Assembly (NCBI GenBank): GCA_964035545.1
Contig: OZ037766.1
Location: 17,261,081 to 17,325,080 of the forward strand
Length of the DNA stretch: 64,000 bases
Direction: 5' to 3'
DNA from: Bugula neritina
Lineage: Eukaryota > Animalia > Bryozoa
The notes beneath the pieces are model-generated. The model was not told the origin of the DNA and did no database searches. It saw nothing but the letters and a program-made list of their open reading frames with translations. The translations under genes and the position numbers were made by a program. Positions 32,201-43,513 of this stretch are shown here, piece after piece (the first letter of the stretch is position 1; the number at the start of each line of letters is the position of its first letter).

Positions 32201-34891
32201 CAGTTTTCTTTGCTAAAAGTTAGTCAAACAATATAACTGAAACTGATTGAAATAGATGCTAGTTCTAGCAAAGCTGTGTGACAGCAGAAATTGGCTGACC
32301 ATGAAAAAAGCAGTATTATTTCAAATCAAAATACCAAGCCACAATTTATAAATCTTGAGTAAATTTATCTGGATCTTTGTCCAAGTGAACTGACCAATGT
32401 TAGTAGCATGCTTGTGCACTGTTCTGAAACTAACCTTTATATCTGGTAAAGCATAGCCTGCCTCATCCAGGGGAACATCTGGAGGGGGCTGCAGCGGAGT
32501 CTGGGAGTTTTTGCTTGTGGCAGAAGAAGGATAGAATTCCACAGGGTCATATGGGCTCTCATTGTTATCCAATAAGTTTGCCATACTTGATGCTTTTCTG
32601 ATCTCATCAGTTTTCCTCCGTGCCTTTGGGAGTAGGTACTTGAGTTTAAATGGCACTTTAACTTTAGTGGGAGAGGGACTGGTGGGGCTTGTTTCTTTTA
32701 TAGTATGTTCACCAGAGGCGAGAGCTTTCTGGAGTTGATTCTGAAACGCTGCATTAGTCACACTTTTAGCAATGTCCATATTACCAAATGCAGTAGTAAC
32801 AGGTCGATGGCGAAGATTAGATGGGCGACGAGGTAGAGTTGGTGGTCTGGAGACATCACTATCTAACTCAGATTGAGATATTGTATCATAGTGTTCATAT
32901 GAAGAAGCAACACTAGCTCTACCAAGTGTATCATATGCATTCTCACTGCCAGCTACAGAGTCGTCACCTTCTGAACCTGCTGCGGTTGTTAGACTGGTAT
33001 ATGATCTGGTATCTGCGCTAGTCGTGGCTGTATAAGGCCGACCATCTGCTGGCAATACTACCGAAGTGTACAAATGAGGATTGCTGCAAGAAACATGAGT
33101 TTCATAGCCATGACTGTTTTCTTCTCCATCTCCAGCCTGTCTGGGTACACAAACTGGGTCAAAAGTTAATTCACTAGAGGATCTTGATAAATCTAAATGT
33201 TCAAAAGTTCTTGGAGGTTTAGGTGGTGCAGAGGCTGTTTTAGGTTTGGATGCTATGATGGGAGGTTTTATAAGGTGGGTACCTTTTTTATCTGTAACAG
33301 GCAATAATGGTGAAGACTTTGATTGAGCTGTGCTACCAAAGTTAGTTAGATTAGGCTTAGCGTCCAGCTTCTCTATAGCACTTCCTGCTAGTTTAAATAG
33401 CTTAGTTGAGGAGATGTTCTTGTTTGCCAGTTTAGTGTTATTGTTATTAAGAGAGTCACTAGAAGGCTTACCATGAGGAAGCTGTGAGTTTCTCAACTGC
33501 TTAACTAGATGTTTGGGTTTAGGTTGGACAGGGGGATTTGATTGAGGTACAGATGATATAACCTTTGGCTTGTTTACAGCCGGTTTCAGAGCTGACGGAT
33601 CTTTAGGCTTAAAAACTGTTCCAAACCCAGTCTCTTTCACCTTGTGGAAGGCCTCGGCTTCCTCTGACACAGAATTAAGTTCTTCTAGACTTTTCTCGAA
33701 CAGTTGTGTTCGCCTGGCTACAATGTTGGTTGGAGGTTTGGTGTCTCTCCGGCGAACTCTCTGCGAGATGGACCCATTCAGATATTCCGTATCAATACTG
33801 TCCATGCTACCGCACATGCTACTCACACTCGAGGATGTACTGAGAGTAGTTACAGGAGACTTAAAACCTTCAGTAGTTTGACTATTGAGACGGTGAAACT
33901 TACCATCAGTTATAGTCAGACTGTCATTTATGCTCTTCAAATCAGTTGCAGTGAGCTGACCACCTCCACTTGATACATTCAAACCAAACTTATTTTTCTT
34001 CAAAGGTGAAGACAGATTGGATTTATCAGTTTTCTTTTCCTGATGTTTCTTAAGTTTAGTATAATCCATCCCAGGTTCTAATATGCTGTCATTTTTACAA
34101 AAGTATGTATCAAAAGACAAGTTCCTCCAGAAATGCTTGGCAGTGGTTTTTGAATTTGAAGAGCCCTCAGCCAGCTCAGAAGAAGTTGAAAGTCGAGGTT
34201 GCCTTTCCTTAGTAAGCTTAGTCTCCGTATTAAAACTCAAATTAGTCGTCTGTTCAAATGTCCGTGGCTCAGTTGATGTTTGATTCACACATGAGTCAGT
34301 GCTAAATGTATTTGCATTAGGACAAGGAATTGTAGCCAAGGATCCTTGAAATGACACAGTAACTTGTTTGTGGCTATTCAAAACAGCTGTGCTATTTGAA
34401 AAAGAAGTTTCCGCAATCGCGGAATGTGTAGTCTGTGTTCCATTGGATATAATCAAATAGTTCGGTTTATCATTGGCCTTCTCAGTTACTACATGAGTTA
34501 ATAATGCTTTGTTTGCTTTGCTCAATACTTTATCTACTTTAGCGTTGTGCGATTGTTGGCTTATACAAGTGTCTAATGTAGATTCATTGTTTAGTTTAGA
34601 CAGCTGATTGGAAGGAGATGTAGAAGAAATAACTGGCACGGTAGAAGCTTCTTCTGACACAACAAATCTTTGGGGTTTTCTGGTTACCAACGGGCTGGCT
34701 GCTTCGCTGCTAGCTGTTGAAGATGAAGATTTTTTAACTCCAAAAGCAAGTCCAAGTTCAGGAGATAACGCCTCTGTGGAGTTAGACTCAAATCTATACC
34801 GAATGTTACTGACGGAAGATTTGTTAGGCTCTGACTGAGCACGTTTATATCCAATTTTAATGCTTGTTGGATGTTGAGCTATGGTAGACAT
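16135..34891 (-). CDS. DENND2: DENN domain-containing protein 2 (DENND2/ST5-like Rab GEF), ~1345 aa
   Basis: Phase-consistent coding exons (minus): 34891-32435, 31144-31049, 29536-29381, 27885-27742, 27099-27020, 26445-26376, 24125-24042, 23542-23423, 21159-20990, 20784-20601, 19274-19157, 18873-18755, 17307-17181, 16247-16135 (4038 nt, ends TAA). DENN motifs: [93 protein letters not shown]. Long Ser/Pro-rich N-terminus as in ST5/DENND2A. Confidence 0.9.
18439..18522. repeat. (TA)n-derived tandem repeat with a 14-bp TACATGTATATATA unit
   Basis: Directly visible in a DENND2 intron. Confidence 0.85.
25157..25535. mobile_element. PIF/Harbinger-like MITE, 379 bp
   Basis: Imperfect ~35-bp TIRs AGGCCTGGCCTCCCGCTCGTACGAATCACACGAAA ... 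TTTTGTGTAATTCTTACAAGCGTGAGGCCAGGCCT. 3-bp TAA TSD at 25154-25156 and 25536-25538. CpG-rich relative to flanks. Confidence 0.85.
28772..29224. repeat. Compound (TA)n microsatellite with duplicated TTGAGATTGAGA interruptions
   Basis: Directly visible; the interruption block recurs at 28981 and 29149. Confidence 0.97.
30957..31011. repeat. 12-bp tandem repeat (AGGCCTGTGACT)x~4.5
   Basis: Directly visible, intronic, just past the donor of the DENND2 exon 31144-31049. Confidence 0.9.
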
Positions 34892-35476
34892 CTTTGTTCA
34901 TATTCATTCAACACCCCTAAAATAAGTTTAGACATTACAGTAATAGCTATAACAGACTTAACTCTGTGAAATACAGGCAAATAACTATAATAATAATATA
35001 TATAGGACAAAAGTAAAAATGACATGATACGGTTGAAAACATAGGCTATTACTTAAAATTAACCTGCTCTTGTGTAAGATATGTCCAAGCAACAGATGGG
35101 CAGACTATATACTGTCTAGTAGTAGCTGTACTCCACAGACCACTTGCTCAACCCAAGCCATACAGCACATCAAGTTGCATTGCAGTGACAACAGCAGAAG
35201 AGCATTTATCATTATTATAGCAAGAAAACTTAGCATGGGTAAAATTAGTTCAACAGAAGAGCCGACTATTATATGCCCGATGTTTTAAATGAAATTACCA
35301 GTGAAGCATTGGCTATTTACCATAAAGCTCTCCAATAAAATAAGCTATAAGCAGGGTTTAAACATTGTCAAACCATTCAACCGAAAAATTCTTAATATTT
35401 AGCTTGAATGAGCAAAAAGTGGTACTGTCAGTCGTCAGACAGAATAATTATTACAATGATGGAAAGCCAAAGCAAA

Positions 35477-35481
<5 letters not shown>

Positions 35482-35545
<64 letters not shown>
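35482..35545. repeat. (TA)n microsatellite
   Basis: Directly visible. Confidence 0.97.
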
Positions 35546-35547
<2 letters not shown>

Positions 35548-38001
35548 CCTACATACAAGATATATGTATATAATGCAGTGTATGTTGTATATATAACGCG
35601 TTTCTTATAGACATAAAAACAAAAGGAGGCAACTTTAACTGAGAATTAACCTTTAAGGTGAAATTTACAAATTGGCAATTGTAAAATATAACAGCAGCAC
35701 GATAATTACCCCACAGCTAGACTTCATATGCTTTTGTCTTCCACAATCTTAGATATAAATGTTTTCATGGAGCAAAAGAACCAACTCATTTAATCTATAT
35801 GAGCAAAATATCCTCTAATTTAGTTTTATTAGTCTTTTTACTTTCATCTTATTTAAATTTAGTAACACTCCCTACATGCATGCATGAAATTGTAGCTGAA
35901 ACAGATTAAAACTTGCAAAAAGCGAGACAGAAAATATGATTACCCAATCTGTGACAAGATTTCCACCTACTCCATTCATTGATTGAAATGGCCACCATTC
36001 AGGTAAAAATAGCCCTTGCAGTTTAAGAAAAACTAAATATTTTTAAAGATGGCGAAATTGATGAATTTTTTCACTCTTTTGGGGTTAAATAAAATTTTCT
36101 AATAATATGGCTTTCATCTACTAATTTTTATAACAAAACATGCATGTATCAACACACAAGTCATGAAATAATTATCAAAAAAACTTTTCAGTTAATTAGA
36201 AAAAAATGCTCAATTATTTAGCGGTTATAGTTAATATCTAATAAACTTCTCAAATGACTCGAATAAAACTACTTTTTAATATGGAAACATCAACAAATTA
36301 TTGAGGTAAAATTATTTTATGATGTTATATGAATCTAGCATACAGTATAATATTATGATATAATTTTATTACCAAAATTAAATTACCGAAACTTATAACA
36401 ATATCCATACATTCGAGACAGCAGGTTCGCAGGTTTTTACAGCTTAATCTCCTACCAACAAAGGGAAAAATTGGAGCTAAAACTAAACCCACTACCATAA
36501 TCGAAAGCTTGGCAAATAAAAAACTACTGTGGGCAAGCAACTCTAAATTTATTCAAATGTTTTCAATTGTCAATTTAAATAGCTCAGCTACTTTTCTAAC
36601 TTTACTGATAGTTGTAATAATTTATTAGAACATTGCATTATTTTGTTCAAAATGAGAATGCAAAACACAATTTATTACCAGGTCTTTAATAATTCTTATA
36701 TAATATAATGGTAATACACAAATGATCTTGATGAACATTATTGTACTGTGGAAATGTGAACTAAGATCCAAGGCTGTAAAACTTGAGCAACCTTAGTTTT
36801 TTATCTCCAGAGCAATATATATCTTATTTTGAATATTAGCATAATTATTACCAAACTTCTGGCCGATCAAATTATGCATTGATTCATAAAAAATGAACTA
36901 TGCAACAGCTATCAGTGAAAAACTTGATATATACAATAACTAATAATATGAGTAACAGGTGGCAATACCCAAGTCTAGCTGCAGTAACACTAATTTTCCT
37001 TTACTATTTCTTTTTCCCTAATCTGTAATTTCTATCATTACGTTGATTTTTTCCAGAAACTTCTAGTAAACAGACATCTGTTATAAAAAAACTTTTTGAT
37101 AAATGCATCTGCCTGGAAATTGTTGGTTTACATAGCTGTGGTAAATTAATGAACTTGAAAAACTTTCAATTTGAAAGTTTAATACTGCAATTACATGTAG
37201 TTTACATTACATAGTCCAGTTTCTATTTTTGTAATGGAGACAATATTGCTTAGAAATTAGGCTATTACTTTATAAACCAAATGTAAGATATTCAATTACT
37301 TGTCAAGCAACTACCAGACATTTGTATATATTGCTGTAAGACTGCATACTTAATCTTTTTTCTTAATTTTATTGATAATTTCTATATAACATAAAGTCAT
37401 CTAGTCCTAATTGTTATTATGTAAAGGGCACAATTCTTATATAATGCTTCTTGCCAAACCCCACTTTGGCTTTTAAAAGTTTATTAGACAAACTTGTAAA
37501 ATATTACATAAATAAGTAGGTATATAACTATAAGACTGTATATTATTACAAATAATTGTATGATGTATACAATGTTAAAACAAAATAAAAATCATAATAG
37601 ATAATGAACATTACAAAAAGTTATAAAATTAATATCACAAGAACAATAAACAAACAACAACATTACAGTTAAAATGACAGAGAAAGGGAGCAAACTTCAC
37701 CTTAAAATTAATTTGCTAATAAAAATGTCTTCGTGCTAAATTTATACAAGTAATCAATGCACAAATGAGAATTCTTAAATTTAGCTTTCCAAAAAATAAT
37801 CACTGATAAATCGCAAAATAATTTTGTATTACACTGTAAGCTACAGTATTGGCACTTGCACACTACACAGTACGTATAGTAAACGCAGTAGACTATTGCT
37901 CTCAAATACTACTACTGTTGCAACTCCAATTGCAGCTGCTGCTAGTGCACTACTGTTGACTACAACTACTGTACTGAAACACATAATTGGTGGATCTTTA
38001 A

Positions 38002-38532
38002 AGAAACCCTGACACACTTCATCTATGCAGTAATAAAATATTCTTATATATATTAGTTTTCATCTACATACTGTTTTAAGGTTGTATGCCTAAAAAATTT
38101 TGTGTTATAATTGATTTTGTTCGAGTATGTACTGAAGAGATTTGGAATTTCTGATCGCTTGCGATGATGTTTCCAGTCAGCTTTGACTTTACCGATACTA
38201 TAAAACTTATAATACTAATTATAGCTAACTTTCATTGCATGCTATTTTTTGCTGCTGCAACGCACAGCCTAATCACTTATATGGCTTGAAAGTTCAAAGT
38301 TTAAACTTTCAAGCCATATCAGTGATTAGGCTGTGCGTTGCAGCAGCAAAAAATAGCATGCAATGAAAGTTAGCTATAATTAGTATTATAAGTTTTATAG
38401 TATCGGTAAAGTCAAAGCTGACTGGAAACATCATCGCAAGCGATCAGAAATCCCAAATCTTTTCAGTACATACGCGAATAAAATCCATTATAACACAAAA
38501 TTACTGCATAGGTGAAGTGTGTCAGGGAATTT
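38002..38532. mobile_element. Palindromic foldback MITE, possibly Kolobok-like
   Basis: Inner arms 38096-38294 / 38304-38502 (199 bp, about 6 mismatches). Outer IR 38007-38034 / 38500-38527. Symmetric TTAA at 37998-38001 and 38533-38536. The superfamily call is inference. Confidence 0.75.
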
Positions 38533-40274
38533 TTAAAAATTATTATTAGTATCAGTGTTATCATTATAACCACTAGCTTTAAGGCACATTAATATTGCAA
38601 ACACACAAAATCACATTAAATTGACCATAAGAGTATTAGTTAGACTGGTCCATGTCCAGGGTGATATTTAATTACTATAAAGTACAGTAATAGTATCTTA
38701 TCACTATGATCCTGGCAATGGCAATAATCATGATATTTTTTAATATGAGTTATGATTATCAGTACAGATCCAATCACAAGCACTCGTTTAATTAATTTCA
38801 TAGTCGTACTTCAAATGAAATACTTTTCAGTTTCATGCCAATTAATATTATTACTACTAGTTTAGAGGAAATATTATACTAATAGTAATACACTAATGCT
38901 AATTAAATAGCAAAAATGATTATAATTATTTTAATTTTAGGATTGTGAATTATTTATTTAATATAAAATTAATAATATAATCTATAATAGCAGTATATTG
39001 CGATCATTCACTATTTAGATTTTAGTATTTCTATTTAAAATTTTAAAATTCATCAACTTCAAGTTTAACTTTAAATTGCTATATAAATATTTTCATTTAA
39101 TTGAATGATAATCAAAACATTAAGTTCACCATTAACTTGATACTTTATATTTGAATATACTTATAGTCATAGCATTACTTTACTGATTTAGGTTCAACGT
39201 TAAGAAACACTAACAGTTATACTGTTACTGTTAAACTTAGGTTAGTAATAATTGCTGTTGGTGTAATAACTGACAAGCTGCAGTCAACTCAATCGCAATG
39301 TCAAACTCAATGTGAATGTGAAACTGAATGTAACTGTAAGGGGCAAAATCACTAATCACTTCCAGTTACACTACCAGGAAAGCAAAAAGTAAATAAAAAT
39401 GTAATGACTATCGAGTAGATGAAAATAAAAGTAAAACTAAAACTAAAAGTAAAAGCCATAGGTATAAAATTGAAAATTAAAACTAAAAGTAAAAAACCTG
39501 TTAAGCTTATATTAATATTGATATTTAATTTCATACCCATATTCATATTGATACAATCAGTCATAGTAAGCCTCACATTCAGTCATACTAATACTGTAAG
39601 TGTAAGTCAAAGTGCAATACTTATACTTATAGTTATACTATTACTAACAGTAATACCAACAGTAAGCGTAACTTTTAGTTTTAATAGTTTTATGACCTTA
39701 CAGCTTACAGTTTGAGTTACACTTGCAGTTAAACTTAATCATAATGTTATAGTTTTACGGAGTTATAGTAATACTAATATAAATATCAATAGTAATACTA
39801 ATAGTAATAGTAACACTAAATCTAATAGTAACACTAACAGCTATACTCATAGTTGCATTACTATTACTATTAGTATTAGTATTACTATAACTATTAGACT
39901 TAGTATTACTATTAGTCATACTGAATACTCATAGTCATACTGATAATTTATCTCATAGTCATACTGATACTGATACTCATATTCATATTGATATTCATAG
40001 TCAATAGAGTATAGACATAGTGATACTGATAGTGATACACTTACACTTACACTTACAGTGATAGTCACTAGTGACATAGTCATTGACTTGTAAATGTATG
40101 AGCTGAAAATTATAAGAGCTTTTTTATCTATGCTCATATATTTACTAGTGCCACTATTTACAGCATTTGCATCTAAAGCAACCTTATAAATAAGTTTGGT
40201 CTCCGTAGGCTTTAACTTAAAATTTATTTCCATGTCTCGTGTTTGCAGCATATTTAAAAATGACACAAAAATAG

Positions 40275-40411
40275 CACGTGGCTTTATTTACGTTCATGTG
40301 TATAGTCTGAGAAAAGTGCACGCAAAACCTCTTGTAACGAAAGCTAACGTATAATTTACAGACAATTTTCAATTTACTAAACCTTCCTCTTTTATACCGT
40401 TCTCCAATATG
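40275..40411 (+). promoter_or_regulatory. RPL27A core promoter: E-box and TCT/5'TOP polypyrimidine initiator
   Basis: CTTCCTCTTTT at ~40383-40393, ~25 nt upstream of the ATG, as typical of ribosomal protein genes. CACGTG at 40275-40280. Confidence 0.7.
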
Positions 40412-42296
40412 GTAGGTTTATAGAAGTTCTAAATGTCTGAGAAACTACTAATAAATCCTAATGCATCTAATAATTCTATTGGTTTCTCCAGCCAATATTT
40501 AAATTGTTGAAATTTTTAGTTTTTTTTACATCAACCTTTTATTTAATTTTATATCAATAAGTATTGGTAAACTAAAATAATCATTTACGGAACATCGTCA
40601 TAAGACTAACTTTTAGTTGCTTTATTATGAACCATACGATATTGTTCATGAAAGTTTCCATTAATTCAAAAGAATATCAAAGCAGTAAAATAAAAAATAG
40701 TAGATCTACTTACTATTTTTTATTTTACTGTTAAAATGTCTTGAAGATAAATTGAAATTAAGATTATAGAACTAGATATTTAATTTTATCAGTTTCAGGT
40801 TGTAGTTCTGGTTCTACTTTTTATACTACTTATGGTATTATTATTAGTTATAGTTATGCTAATAGTATTAATATTAGTTATATTTAGTTTTATGGGTTTT
40901 AGGGTTAGCTGTTAATACTACTACTACTTTTACACTCGTTATCATTATGATATTAATTGGTAAATGAGAAAATGCAAAATGTATTTGAAAACACAATCAA
41001 AGTTTGAAGTTCAGTAAAATAATTATCGTTTTAAAATGGTGTCTTTGTTTATTTCTATTATTGGCTTTAATACTTTCAGCCTACCAGATTCAGTAAAACA
41101 AGAAAGCTCCGTGGGCATGTCAGCCATGGTCATGGCCGTATTGGAAAGCACAGAAAGCATCCTGGAGGACGAGGAAACGCTGGTGGTCTGCTCCATCGCA
41201 GAATTAATTTTGATAAATAGTTAGTACCTTGTAGTGATATAAAAATATGTTCATAATACAGCTTTATTTTAAGTCTATACTGTTACCAGTTTTGTCAAAC
41301 TATAACTTCTAACTTTTAAATAGTTCTTCATTGAGTGTTCATCGCTGTAGTTTTTTTTATAAAATTAGATGCTGTTCTAAAGTCATTTAAGCAATCCGCT
41401 ATAAGTGTTATGTTATTTTTTAGCTCCCATAGCCATGTTGCTAGTTGACTGCATTATGATAAAATTTAACTAAGCATATGATCAATTCTACTCGTTAGCC
41501 ATCAACACATATCAACTCTCTAGCTTGCCCTTATCTGTATCATGTTGTTATTTTATTCATTTAGCCATCCTGGTTACTTTGGTAAAGTTGGTATGAGAAA
41601 CTTCCACGTGTATGCAGCTAGAAGTTACTGCCCTACCATTAACATAGACAAACTGTGGACTCTTGTTCCAACTGAGACTAGAGATCAGTTAAGCAAGGAT
41701 AAGGCTCCAGTGATCGACTGTGTTCGAGCTGTAAGTATTTACTCAGAGTATGACTTTTGAAAAATGATCTTTTCACATCCAATCCATAAATTAATCATGT
41801 AAAAATTTAGTGATGACATTTATAGAGTAGAAGTAGAATGTATGTTGTGGTGCATATTAGCATAAAATAGCATGTGGCTTGAATAACCTCATTTATGGCA
41901 GGAAAAACGCATCACTATACTCGACATATTGCTTTACTTCAATATAAGTAGAGTAAAACTAGTGGCAACTGTCATTATTTAAAACACACAAGTTTCTTCA
42001 ATTATAATGTTGGTATTTTTAGTAATGAATCAAATATATAAAATTCAATTATCAATATGTTCAACTATCATAATTTAAACCCTTCTGCTAGCCAATTGGT
42101 TCTAAAAAATTTGCTTCAGTCATTTTATATATGTTAATAGAGTGATTTTTTATATTTCCCATTGCAGGGTTTTTACAAAGTGCTAGGTAAAGGAACACTG
42201 CCCTCCCAACCAGTTATTGTGAAGGCTAAGTTCTTTAGCCGTGGTGCTGAAGAAAAGATCAAGTCTGTTGGGGGTGCTTGTATTTGTGTACCTTGA
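40409..42296 (+). CDS. RPL27A: 60S ribosomal protein L27a (uL15), 145 aa
   Basis: Exons 40409-40411 (ATG only), 41080-41219, 41565-41730, 42168-42296. Protein [92 protein letters not shown] at 42309-42314. Confidence 0.98.
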
Positions 42297-42566
42297 GCTC
42301 TAGTATAAAATAAATTTATCAAACACTACACTGCATTTTTGAGGTTGATTTAAAATAGTAGCAGTATTCATATTGCTGTGTGTACTGCCGAATGGTATCT
42401 TGAAAATGTGTAATGCTATGAATACATATTCTATTCCTGTTATACCACCCACTTTATGAGTAACATGATGATACTTGCATCAAGCCTGAACATAGCTTTG
42501 AAAATAATGAAGATTGCTACATGCATCATAATAAGACCAACAGTATAACCTACAGAACAAATCTTG

Positions 42567-43513
42567 GTCACCTTTCACTGGGTTTTTGCTTGATACCAAG
42601 TTCTATTAGACTTCTCCATCGCACTCGATCTTCAGCATCTGCACCTTCTAGATCATGCCATCTCAGGTCTGAGTTAATTGTATCGCACCATCTTTGCTTT
42701 GGTCTACCCCTAGGTCGAACTCCTTCAACTGTCATCTCCGGATGTCATCCTCCCTTTCTCCCTTCTATCATGCCCATACCACTGCATTTGTCTTTTCCTT
42801 ATCAGGTCTTCAATCAGCATCACCCTGGCTTCTGCTGTTATTTCCTCATTTGGCTTATGATCCTCTAAACTGACATTCAAACAGTATCGCAGCATGCGCA
42901 TCTCACATGATGACATCTTATGGGCCAGAGATTTTGTGATGGGCCATGTCTCATTTCCATATAGCAGGGTTGGTCTGGTCTTTAAATCAACACTGAGGTA
43001 TGTGGGCGTTTTCTTGTCACAGAGCACACCAGACAGTTCTCCACTTATTCCAAGCCTTGGATGTTCTCAGCTCAACTTCCCTCCGGCAGCCTCCCTCTTG
43101 GTGGATTGTTGTGCCCAAGTACTTGAATTTGGAACACTTAGTCAGGCTTTCTATAACCTGACTACCATATTTCTTCATCCTGATGTTTTCTTGGTCTCCA
43201 AATGCTCTGTTTTCTTTCGGCTTATCTTCAATCCCGCTGCCTCTATTTTCTCTCCAGATCTCTAACCTTTCTAATCTCTATTACTGTCACAAAGGACCAG
43301 ATCATCGGCAAATAGCATTGCCCATGGGCTGTCCTCGTTGATGTCTTCTGCAAGAACATTCATGATAAAAATATATAGCAGTGGGCTTAGTGCCGATCCA
43401 TGATGTAATCCGACTTCAATTTGAATTTTGCTTGTCAACCTAGAGTCTGTCCTAACACTGGTGCTGCAGTGTTCGTACATGTCCTTAATGATGTTGATGT
43501 ACTGCTCTGGAAC
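42567..43513 (-). mobile_element. 5'-truncated, frameshifted RTE-like non-LTR retrotransposon (RT C-terminal part)
   Basis: RT motifs GLHHGSALSPLL, PWAMLFADDLVL, RPTLLYGNETW, EMRMLR, WYGH in broken frames. 14-bp TSD CAGAACAAATCTTG at 42553-42566 and 43514-43527. Confidence 0.9.

Noticed and set aside
33570-34838. Plus-strand ORFs of 66-103 aa
   Set aside because: Antisense shadows of the large DENND2 exon.
41810-41816. C-box-like GTGATGA in RPL27A intron 3
   Set aside because: No CTGA D box at a suitable distance downstream.
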